The notes beneath the pieces are model-generated. The model made no database searches and was not told the DNA's origin. It saw only the letters and a program-made list of their open reading frames with translations. Below, one piece after another: positions 1 through 8,781 of a stretch of DNA of 64,000 bases (its first letter is position 1; each line of letters starts with the position of its first letter). Origin of the DNA: an uncultured Acidobacteriota bacterium (GTDB taxonomy: Bacteria; Acidobacteriota; Blastocatellia; RBC074); the NCBI GenBank assembly GCA_963796275.1, contig CAWCKY010000006.1, positions 1,760,001-1,824,000 of the forward strand. Reading direction: 5' to 3'. The position numbers and the translations under genes were made by a program.

Positions 1-1
1 T

Positions 2-1132
2 GCTACAAACGACTACTCGATCCGCTGGACGCGCAACCTCACGGCAACCGCCGGGACCTATCGCTTCTCGCTCACCGGTACTAACAGGATGATGCTCTAC
101 ATCGACGACGCCTTGCAGATCAATCAATTGGTGAATGGGACTGTGGCGACCAGCTATAACGTCGATGTGAACCTGTCGGCGGGCACTCATCGGATTAAGT
201 TGGAATATTTCCAGACTGAGGGCGATGCGATGGTGCGCTTGAGATGGAAGTTATTCGATCCCACCTGTTCGCAGACGGTAGCGGCTGAGCGCTGGAAGGG
301 CGAGTATTTCAACAATATAAATCTTGCCGGCAGCCCGGCGATGGTGAGCGATGAGGGCGTGGGGGATCTGGACAAGAGATTCGGGGTGGGCAGTCCCAAC
401 CCGGCCTGCGCTATGTTTGACGACCGATTCTCGGCGCGCTGGACGAGGTGGGTGGAGTTGGCCGCGGGACCGCATCGATTCTTCGTCGGAGGAGATGACG
501 GAGTGCGGTTCTATCTAAACGGAACGCGATTGGTGGATAGGTGGGTGGATCAGGGGTATACGGTCTATACGACCGAGGTCAATATCCCCATCCAAGGCAA
601 TTACAAACTTGAACTGGAGTTTTATGATAACGGATTGGATGCCCGGGCCAGTGTTAGATGGGATTCGGTGAATCCGCCGGCAAACCTGATAGCCACCGCG
701 GTGTCGGCCACACGGATCAACTTGAGCTGGATCGACGGCAATAGCATTGAGGATGGATTCAAAATAGAGCGGTGGAACGGCAGCAGTTTTGTCCAGCTTA
801 ACACGGTGGGCGCCAATGTTACGACGTATGCCGATTCGGGGCTTACCCCCTCAACCAACTACCGCTATCGTGTTAGGGCTTTTAACAGTATTGGGAACTC
901 AGGTTATTCCAATGAAAGCAGCGCGACAACATTGCCACCGCCGACACCACCACATTCTTGCCCTCAATCCTGCACGAATCCCCCCCTTGAATGTTATGCT
1001 GGCAACTATGATCCTTGTAGGTATCCTGGCACTGGATGTCCGTCTGGCAGTTTCAACATTGGCAATGGTTGCTGTAGATATCCTTTCGGGTGCGCTTCTT
1101 CTTTAGAACGACGGCAAAACCGCAAAAAATAA
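2..1132 (+). CDS. PA14-repeat / fibronectin type III domain protein with Cys-rich C-terminal tail (5' end lies outside the window)
   Basis: The frame is open from base 2 (ATNDYSIRWTR...). PA14 motifs: 'WKGEYFNN', 'FSARWTR', 'DDGVRFYLNG', 'LEFYDNG'. FN3 motif: 'PPANLIATAVSATRINLSW...YRYRVRAFN'. Confidence 0.85.
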   Translation, partial: ATNDYSIRWTRNLTATAGTYRFSLTGTNRMMLYIDDALQINQLVNGTVATSYNVDVNLSAGTHRIKLEYFQTEGDAMVRLRWKLFDPTCSQTVAAERWKGEYFNNINLAGSPAMVSDEGVGDLDKRFGVGSPNPACAMFDDRFSARWTRWVELAAGPHRFFVGGDDGVRFYLNGTRLVDRWVDQGYTVYTTEVNIPIQGNYKLELEFYDNGLDARASVRWDSVNPPANLIATAVSATRINLSWIDGNSIEDGFKIERWNGSSFVQLNTVGANVTTYADSGLTPSTNYRYRVRAFNSIGNSGYSNESSATTLPPPTPPHSCPQSCTNPPLECYAGNYDPCRYPGTGCPSGSFNIGNGCCRYPFGCASSLERRQNRKK

Positions 1133-1779
1133 GGCTTTTCCGCAAAATTGCCGCCCCATATAAGTTATTTTTTGGAGATATGACTATGAGGCAATAGCTA
1201 GACGTGAAAAATATGTGGCGTATTGGTTCTTCTACTCGGGATCCATTGTAAGGACTCGAAGCTAACAGATGAATACGGCAGCCGAAAGGTATTAAGCATG
1301 CTCATGGGAAAAATCTCTACATCGACGATCAATTGAAGATCATCAGTGGTTGCCAGCTGCAGGCACGCATACAGTAGCCAATGTTTCCTGGGCGCTCTGC
1401 CAGACCAGCATCATCGTCATATGTCCCGGCGCCTACTAGACGCCTAATCAGGGTGGGCTGGCTGTGAACTCTCAGTCGAACACGGGGCACGGAAGCACGG
1501 ATACATTATCGACGGTCGATGTTCCTGGAGGATGGAATTCCGGATCTATTTCTGCCGCCAAGTCGGCTCGGTGGTCATCTTTTCAATCGGTTTCGGGCGT
1601 GATTAGTACCAGGCTGAAGTTCGATTGGTCGATTAGCGGTTACGCAAGCGCGCAAGACAGTGTCGGCGGGAGCGCCTAGTCTAATTGGGGTTAATATTGC
1701 CTTCTCTATTGTAGAGAGAACGATTTGGAGTAACACCATAACTTTGGTTGTCTCTTCCATCATCGAAGGAGTTAATCGT

Positions 1780-4620
1780 ATGTTTCCTCGCGTGTGTGTC
1801 ATTCTTTTCTCAGTTCTTAGGTTCACTTTTCATATCCCTCACATCGCTCTATCTATTATTCGTCCATTTCATTTTACTAGTTTTTCATTAATTACTCTTC
1901 TTGTCATTACCACCTTCATTGCCCCCAGAGTGAATGCGCAATCCGGGACAATCTATGATGGCTATACTCCTACCGGCGTGGCGCCGGGGTCTCCTACCGG
2001 ATCGTATGCGGTCAGTGACCTGGAAGATATCAACCTGTTTAACGGCCATTTGAATTTGAACTTCCCATTGTTGAGAGTTGGCGGGCGTGGGGCGATTGGG
2101 CATACGGTCTTGTTGAATATTCAACCACTCCCGTGGCACATCAGGCCGGTCTTTTTTCTGCCAGGCAATGAACTTGATATAGCCAGTGACATTAGTTACG
2201 AACCCTTAGTTAAATATGGCCCAGGCGCTTTGCGCGTTCAACACGGGGTGGTTGGTGATCTATCCCCGTGCGATGGCACCCAATGGGTCTCAACCCTAGC
2301 CCGGCTAGTATTCTATACCTCGGATGGCACACAGCTCCGGCTTCATGACCAGGTATATCAAGGAAAAGCCGTAAGTCATCGCTGCTCGGATCATCCTGGC
2401 CCAAACCGTGGGAGAGTGTTCGTCAGCGCTGATGGCGGGTCTATGACATTCATATCCGATACCGACGTTATTGATCCGCCACCAGCTGTTAGTGGAATAG
2501 GCAACACTATATCGGGCAATCTGATGATGAAGGACGGCACTCTTTATCGTATCGATGTTGGTAATGTCAGTTTTATTCGCGATCGGAATGGCAATAAAAT
2601 CAACTTCACGTATCAAGGTTCCCTTGGCCAGGTAACTTCGATCACCGATTCGCTAAACCGGCAGGTCACGATCTCTTATGCCGATCAGGGCGTACCATAC
2701 GATACAATAACCTTTGATGGCTTTGGCGATGCTAACCGGGCAATTAAGGTCTGGTACAGTCCGTTGCAAGCAGTGCTTCGACCTGACTTCGCGATTAAAA
2801 CGTATAAGCAACTGTTTCCAACACCGGACGCAAATTGGGGTGGACCCTATGACGGCAACGAAATTTTTAACCCAGGACGTGTTTCAAAAATTGAACTGCC
2901 CAACCAGAAAGCCTATGAGTTGTATTATAACTCTTATGGTGAACTCGCGCGCTTAATCCTGCCCACGGGAGGCGGCGTTGACTATGATTATGTGAATGGA
3001 CACCGTGCCGGGCTCATGCTCAGTCGCCGGTTAAGCAAACGCACAAGCTATACAACCTTGACCTCCACAACCAATCCATCTAACCCGCCGCCAGGAACTG
3101 TGGAAGGCAAACAATTTTACAGTATGACCATCATTTCCCATGGTACGGGCGTTCCTGAAACTGTTGTTACAGTGGAGCACAAAGATGCCGGGAATCTTCT
3201 TTTGGCTCAAGAAAAACACTATTTCTATGCCTTTGCTACGGAGGAGGCTGGCGGGTGTCTACCTACTCTCTATTCACCCTGGTATTCAGGCCGAGAGTTC
3301 AAAACAGAAAGATACAGTGTCACCAATGGAGCTTTGGGAAGTGTGTTAAAGAGAATAGAGCATACGTGGTATCCAAATTTACCATCTATCCACTACGTTT
3401 GCCATCAGAATGTAAATGTAGACCCTGCCCCGAATCCGAGAATCATCCAGACCACTACTACCCTGTTGGACACCAACCAGGTGACCAGGCAGACTTTCAC
3501 TCATGATCAATACAACAACGTGGTCGAAGTTGATGAATATGGTTACGGTAACGGTGCGCCTGGCCCATTGATTCGGCGCACATATACTTCATATCTCACG
3601 AACAATCCCTGGCAGAATAACGTGAATTATGCAACCGATCCCAATATTCACATCAGGGACCTCCCGACCCAGATTTCTATCTTCGATAACAATGACACTG
3701 AATTCTCGAGAATGTCTTTTTACTATGATGTATATAGTCAAGCTCCACTCCAAGATTGCCCAAACATTGTTCAGCATGATGGTGGGTTTAATACCGAATA
3801 TGGCCCGCGCGGCAATCTGGTCAAGACAACCAAGGTAACCGATTTTGATCAAGCCGCAAATAATATTGACAATTACTTCCATTATGACATCGCCGGCAAT
3901 GTAGTTAAGACGATTGATGGGCGAGGATTCCCAATAGATTACGAATTCACTGACCGCTTCGGCTCGCCGGATGACGACGCACAGGAGAACACGCCGCCCA
4001 CCCAACTGAATGAGCAAATGACCTATGCGTTTCCCACTAAAGTCACCAACGCGCTCGAGCATACGACATATGCCCAATACGATTATTACATCGGCAAGCC
4101 CGTTAATGTGGAAGACACCAATGGGGTCGTCAGCAGCATTGCTTACAATGATACTCTCGACCGCCCGACCCTGAACATTCAGGCGAGATATATTGTAGGC
4201 AGCATACCAGCTATGAGAAGGCAGGCGGCTTTCACCTATGACGATGTGAATCGCGTGATCTCGACGACCATTGACCGTGCCAAATTCAACGACGATACCC
4301 CCTTGACCAGCAAATCTTATTACGTCGGCCTCGGCAGAAACTGGCGCAGTGCAGCATATGAAGGCTCCACCTGGGCAATCACAGACAAGCAGGCGGCTTC
4401 CCGTCTTCCCCACTACCGGGACAAACGGGGCACAGTTCTTTACCTTCCTGATACTATTTACTTATATACATCATCATGGTCAGAGGCAGACAAGGCCACG
4501 GAGAGAAGAGCAAACATTGACAGGTTTCTGGAAAGGCCACGTTATGCAGGGGGGACATATAGCCTTACGCCAAACAGGCAGGGAGGAAAGAGCTTTAGAC
4601 GTGGTGCTCGTAGATTTTAA
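1780..4620 (+). CDS. RHS/YD-repeat protein (N-terminal part) lacking the RHS core, apparently internally deleted
   Basis: ATG at 1780 follows GAAGGAG, and there is a signal-like N-terminus. It has 'DINLFNGHLNLNFPLL' and YD repeats ('DRNGNKINFTY', 'YDIAGNVVKTIDGRG'). The repeats stop abruptly after 'WAITDKQ' (~4392), with no RHS core or DPxG motif. Confidence 0.8.
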   Translation: MFPRVCVILFSVLRFTFHIPHIALSIIRPFHFTSFSLITLLVITTFIAPRVNAQSGTIYDGYTPTGVAPGSPTGSYAVSDLEDINLFNGHLNLNFPLLRVGGRGAIGHTVLLNIQPLPWHIRPVFFLPGNELDIASDISYEPLVKYGPGALRVQHGVVGDLSPCDGTQWVSTLARLVFYTSDGTQLRLHDQVYQGKAVSHRCSDHPGPNRGRVFVSADGGSMTFISDTDVIDPPPAVSGIGNTISGNLMMKDGTLYRIDVGNVSFIRDRNGNKINFTYQGSLGQVTSITDSLNRQVTISYADQGVPYDTITFDGFGDANRAIKVWYSPLQAVLRPDFAIKTYKQLFPTPDANWGGPYDGNEIFNPGRVSKIELPNQKAYELYYNSYGELARLILPTGGGVDYDYVNGHRAGLMLSRRLSKRTSYTTLTSTTNPSNPPPGTVEGKQFYSMTIISHGTGVPETVVTVEHKDAGNLLLAQEKHYFYAFATEEAGGCLPTLYSPWYSGREFKTERYSVTNGALGSVLKRIEHTWYPNLPSIHYVCHQNVNVDPAPNPRIIQTTTTLLDTNQVTRQTFTHDQYNNVVEVDEYGYGNGAPGPLIRRTYTSYLTNNPWQNNVNYATDPNIHIRDLPTQISIFDNNDTEFSRMSFYYDVYSQAPLQDCPNIVQHDGGFNTEYGPRGNLVKTTKVTDFDQAANNIDNYFHYDIAGNVVKTIDGRGFPIDYEFTDRFGSPDDDAQENTPPTQLNEQMTYAFPTKVTNALEHTTYAQYDYYIGKPVNVEDTNGVVSSIAYNDTLDRPTLNIQARYIVGSIPAMRRQAAFTYDDVNRVISTTIDRAKFNDDTPLTSKSYYVGLGRNWRSAAYEGSTWAITDKQAASRLPHYRDKRGTVLYLPDTIYLYTSSWSEADKATERRANIDRFLERPRYAGGTYSLTPNRQGGKSFRRGARRF

Positions 4621-4633
4621 GGGGAGGGTATTT

Positions 4634-5170
4634 ATGAAAAGGTTTCTTTCTTTCTTCACCGTTTTCTTCATTGTGATTGTTGTAGTTGTGTCAGCCCAGA
4701 CTAGACAGCCCATTAAACATTCATCTGAAATCCGCCTGTCTAGTGATAAGCCGAGTGTTTACATCTCCTATGTGCGGTCTGGGAAGCGTGAGCCTCTTAG
4801 GGCAGATGAAAGTGATGAAGGGATATGGCTACGACTTCACAACAATACGAAATGGACAATCATTTTCCCGGCTTTTGATGTTCCAGAAACACATGGAGAC
4901 GTTGGGATGTTCTACATCCTCGAATCGGTCTCAGCAGGAATCACTGATATACCCAAGGGAAATGAGATAAGAGGTGCACATTCTACAGATGAGTTGGGGC
5001 CTGGAGAATCAATTGTGTTCAGTGTACCTCGCGAGCATCTTCCCAAGAAGGCTGTGTTGCGGGTGAGTTTCAGCTACGAGTGGGAAGATCGGGCTGATGT
5101 TTTTGCGGGTAGAGAGGTCGAACACATCGCCTCCTTTTATGCGTCAAAGCTCCCAGGGCTGAAGCAGTGA
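4634..5170 (+). CDS. secreted hypothetical protein, putative RHS immunity protein
   Basis: ATG after GGGGAGG, 13 bp downstream of the RHS stop. Signal peptide MKRFLSFFTVFFIVIVVVVSA. Its position is typical of an immunity gene. Confidence 0.6.
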   Translation: MKRFLSFFTVFFIVIVVVVSAQTRQPIKHSSEIRLSSDKPSVYISYVRSGKREPLRADESDEGIWLRLHNNTKWTIIFPAFDVPETHGDVGMFYILESVSAGITDIPKGNEIRGAHSTDELGPGESIVFSVPREHLPKKAVLRVSFSYEWEDRADVFAGREVEHIASFYASKLPGLKQ

Positions 5171-5401
5171 TAATTAAAGCAAATGGGGAGTCGGAGGTCG
5201 GCTGATAACGCGTGTTATCATCTGCCCGGCTTCCATTGTCCACCCCCCTCGCGCAGCGGCTGCGGTCGCGGCTCGCGCGCTCCCTTCGCCGAACATCCCC
5301 GCATATGGGCTCCAGGCGGCGAGAATTTTACGGCTGGGCTTTCGGCTACGGCTGCAGTCCGAGCAGTTCATCGGTGGTCATTCCAAAGCCAATGAATTTA
5401 G

Positions 5402-5430
5402 CCGTGCGTTTTAACAGTTTTAACGCACGG
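5402..5430. repeat. REP-like inverted repeat
   Basis: Intergenic CCGTGCGTT ... AACGCACGG with an internal duplicated TTTTAAC. Confidence 0.4.
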
Positions 5431-5909
5431 AAAGCCAGTAAAACGCTCCGCGTCGTGGTGCACATTACCAACAACACAACAAGCAATGTAGTCAACGTCA
5501 GGTCGAAGGAGAACGGCTCGAATCAAACAAGCCTGGTCATTACGCCATAAATAGGCTGAGCATGGTGATCTCACCAGAGCAAGACCTACCGGTTAAGATT
5601 GAGCAAGTCCTGCCGCGCACCGAGAGGGACACCTTTCAAATGAAATGATCCTTATAGTTTATTATAGTATTTGACGATATTTATAGCCCCGCGCGTTATC
5701 CTTTAGTCGATTTGCGGCGGATCAACGACTCATAGTATTTTAAGGCAACATTTGGATTGACCGTAAACGCCGTTTCAATCCCAACTGCGTTATTATTCAA
5801 GCTTTCGGACCCGTTCCTGAAAGACCGAGCATTTCATTATGACCGGCATGGTCAGCCACGCGTTTGAGCTGGCGGTCGAAGTCAAATAACTGTATTGGAG
5901 GCTCGTTCG

Positions 5910-7169
5910 ATGAAGCATATAGCTTACCTGTTTGCGTCGCTCCTGCTCATTGCGGGTATCGTCAACGCTCAGAACTGGCCGCAGTTTCGCGGGCCGAACG
6001 TTCAAGGACATTCATCCGAAACCGGCCTTCCGCTTAAATGGAGCGCCACCGAGAACATCGCATGGAAGACTGAACTGCCTGGAGAATCCTGGTCTTCTCC
6101 CATCGTCTGGGGCGACCGAGTATTTGTAACCACCACGACCGAGGGCGGCGTCAGTTGCCGAGTCATGGCCATCGATCGAAATGGGGGCGCGATCCTCTGG
6201 AATAAGGAAGTCTTCAAACAGGCCATTCGGCGTAAAGAGGGCCGTAACAGTTACGCTACGCCTACCCCCGCGACAGACGGCAAGTTTATCTACACCTGTT
6301 TTGGTGATGGCAGTTTCGCGGCGCTCGATTTCGATGGCCGCATTGTCTGGATTAATCGTGATTACCAATTTTACGGTCAACATGGCCTGGGGACATCGCT
6401 TCTCCTGCATGACGGGCTTGTCATTATGGCGCGCGATGGCAGCAGTGACGGTCAGGACAAAAAAATCGGCTGGCAAATCCCCTGGGACAAATCCTACATT
6501 GTCGCGCTCGATGGAAAAACAGGTAAGGAGAGATGGAAGGCCATGCGTGGTCTTTCCAGAATTTCTCATGGCACGCCAGCGATCTGGAAAGCGCCGGATG
6601 GACGCGCGCAGGTCATCAGCGAAGCGGGAGATGTATTGCAAAGCTTCGATCTCAAAACCGGCAAGCGATTGTGGAGCAGCGAAGTGATTGGCGAGGGAAA
6701 AACTCCATCAGTTGTACTCGGCGATGGGCTTGCCTTCACTTCCGGTGGTTGGGGAGGCAAAGAAAGCATAAAGGCCTTCCGGTTGAGTGGATCGGGCGAC
6801 CTCAAGGAGTCGAACCTCGTCTGGGAACAGCGTAAGGGGATGCCTAAAGTTCCATCCATGATTTATGTGAAACCTCATCTGTTCGCCATCACCGACGGCG
6901 GCATCGCCACGTGTATGAAAGCGGACACTGGAGAATTGGTCTGGCAACAGCGCCTGGCTGGCAAATTCTCCGCGTCGCCGGTGGCGGCTGAGGGGCGTGT
7001 CTATTTTGTAGGCGACGACGGCGAGACAACTGTTATTGAGGCCGGTCCTGAGTTCAAAATGCTGGCGAAGAATCCCCTCGAAGCGAATGTCCAGGCTTCA
7101 CCAGCCATCTCGCATGGGAGGATCTACATTCGCACCGAGAGACATCTATTCGCTATCGGCCGGAAATAA
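5910..7169 (+). CDS. PQQ-binding-like beta-propeller repeat protein (BamB-like), secreted
   Basis: Signal peptide, then 'NWPQFRGP', 'SSPIVWGDRVFVT', 'TGKERW' and 'ASPAISHGRIYIRT' propeller motifs. Confidence 0.9.
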   Translation: MKHIAYLFASLLLIAGIVNAQNWPQFRGPNVQGHSSETGLPLKWSATENIAWKTELPGESWSSPIVWGDRVFVTTTTEGGVSCRVMAIDRNGGAILWNKEVFKQAIRRKEGRNSYATPTPATDGKFIYTCFGDGSFAALDFDGRIVWINRDYQFYGQHGLGTSLLLHDGLVIMARDGSSDGQDKKIGWQIPWDKSYIVALDGKTGKERWKAMRGLSRISHGTPAIWKAPDGRAQVISEAGDVLQSFDLKTGKRLWSSEVIGEGKTPSVVLGDGLAFTSGGWGGKESIKAFRLSGSGDLKESNLVWEQRKGMPKVPSMIYVKPHLFAITDGGIATCMKADTGELVWQQRLAGKFSASPVAAEGRVYFVGDDGETTVIEAGPEFKMLAKNPLEANVQASPAISHGRIYIRTERHLFAIGRK

Positions 7170-7326
7170 GACCGAATCTTACGAATAAATGGTTATTGAA
7201 TGGTTATTGATTGTAAAGCGCAGCCTTTTGAGTTTAGGCGCTAGCGGCAAATCTTCGTATGGGTGCTTCGCCAACTCTATTGAGATATTATCACCGCTAT
7301 CGGCGAGAGCCGGCGTTAGAAATGAA

Positions 7327-7362
7327 GTAAGAACCTAATTGTTCAGGTAAGAACTTAATTGT
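7327..7362 (+). promoter_or_regulatory. tandem 16-bp direct repeat immediately upstream of umuC (candidate SOS-type operator)
   Basis: GTAAGAACCTAATTGT / GTAAGAACTTAATTGT, 20-bp period, 15/16 identical. Contains GAAC-N6-GTTC. Confidence 0.45.
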
Positions 7363-7374
7363 CTGTGAATAACT

Positions 7375-8649
7375 ATGAAAGCCATTGCGCTGGTCGACGC
7401 CAATAATTTTTACTGCTCCTGCGAACGCGCCTTCAATCCGAAGCTGTGGGGCAAGCCGGTCGTCGTCTTGAGCAATAACGACGGATGTATCGTCTCACGA
7501 AGCAATGAATCGAAAGCGCTCGGGATACGGATGGGAGTGCCTGTCTTCCAGGCCGAAGAGCTCATCCGCAAGCACGGCGTATTCGTTTTTTCTTCGAACT
7601 ACGAGTTATACGGTGACCTTTCCCATCGAATGATGGACCTACTGGAGGATGCCTCACCCGAAGTCGAACGTTACTCTATCGACGAGGCTTTTATCGGGCT
7701 GGAAGCGCGCGATTATCGGGAACTGAGTGAGATCGGACGCGAGATTCGTCATCAGGTCAAACGGCAACTGGGTATTCCTGTATCCGTCGGCATCGCGGAG
7801 ACCAAGTCGCTCGCAAAGATTGCGGCGCACCATGCCAAGACGCGCGTTGAACTCAACGGTCTATTCAATCTCGCCGGCACACCCTCTTTGTGCGAAGCGG
7901 CGCTCAGGCGGACGCCCATCGCAGAGGTTTGGGGGATAGGGCGGCACTGGTGCGAGCTGTTGGCTAAACACAAATTCGAAACGGCGCACGATCTGACTCG
8001 CGCGGATGATCATTGGGTGCGGGCGAATCTGAACCTCACCGGGCTTCGCCTGATTCATGAGCTGCGCGGAATCCCCTGCCTGGAGGTCGAAGACAATCCG
8101 CCGCCGAAAAGATGCATAGCTTCGACGCGATCCTTTGGCGATGCGGTCGGATCGAAGGATGATATCAAGGCCGCGTTGGGCCTGTTCGTCACACGCGCGG
8201 GCGAAAAATTGCGTCAAGAGGGCCTCGCCGCCGGCGCGATCACAGTCTTTATCAAAACGAATAGCTACAGCCGAACGAATAGACCCTATTCCGATTCGAC
8301 GACGCTGGCGCTTGCGCCGATGTCGAACGTGACGACGGAACTGCAGGAAGTCGCTTTCCTAGGCCTCGATAAAATCTTCGTGGACGGGCTGTTGTACAAG
8401 AAGGCCGGCGTATATCTGAGCGATCTGCGCCCGGCGGATAATCTGCCGCAACGGTTGTGGGAGAACGATGGGCACGAACGAATGCTTAGTTTGATGAGCC
8501 AGATTGACCGCGTCAATCAACGCTTCGGGCGCGAGACTATCAGATGCGGCGTCTTTAAATCAGACGGGAAATGGCAGACAAAACTATCGCACCGCTCACC
8601 GCGATATACCACCCGGTGGGATGAGCTTCTTCACATCGAGGCGAAGTGA
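7375..8649 (+). CDS. umuC: Y-family DNA polymerase V catalytic subunit UmuC (C-terminal DUF4113)
   Basis: 'ALVDANNFYCSCERAFNP', 'VVVLSNNDGC', 'YSIDEAF', and C-terminal 'SPRYTTRWDEL'. Confidence 0.93.
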   Translation: MKAIALVDANNFYCSCERAFNPKLWGKPVVVLSNNDGCIVSRSNESKALGIRMGVPVFQAEELIRKHGVFVFSSNYELYGDLSHRMMDLLEDASPEVERYSIDEAFIGLEARDYRELSEIGREIRHQVKRQLGIPVSVGIAETKSLAKIAAHHAKTRVELNGLFNLAGTPSLCEAALRRTPIAEVWGIGRHWCELLAKHKFETAHDLTRADDHWVRANLNLTGLRLIHELRGIPCLEVEDNPPPKRCIASTRSFGDAVGSKDDIKAALGLFVTRAGEKLRQEGLAAGAITVFIKTNSYSRTNRPYSDSTTLALAPMSNVTTELQEVAFLGLDKIFVDGLLYKKAGVYLSDLRPADNLPQRLWENDGHERMLSLMSQIDRVNQRFGRETIRCGVFKSDGKWQTKLSHRSPRYTTRWDELLHIEAK

Positions 8650-8781
8650 TATTACCTTCGACGCGCCGCCGAGCTGCGGTGTCGGTCAGCATTCCCTTGT
8701 AACCAGCCGATGAACGGCTGCGTCTTTATTGTCAGCCAATCTGTCAGTATTACATTTCAAGCCCTTTCGAGGAGAGAACCC

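Noticed and set aside
1660-1779. Longer GTG start for the RHS ORF
   Set aside because: ATG 1780 has a clear RBS and is followed by a signal-like sequence.
4349-4633. N-terminal extension of the 273-aa ORF
   Set aside because: It overlaps the RHS gene; the real start is ATG 4634 with an RBS and signal peptide.
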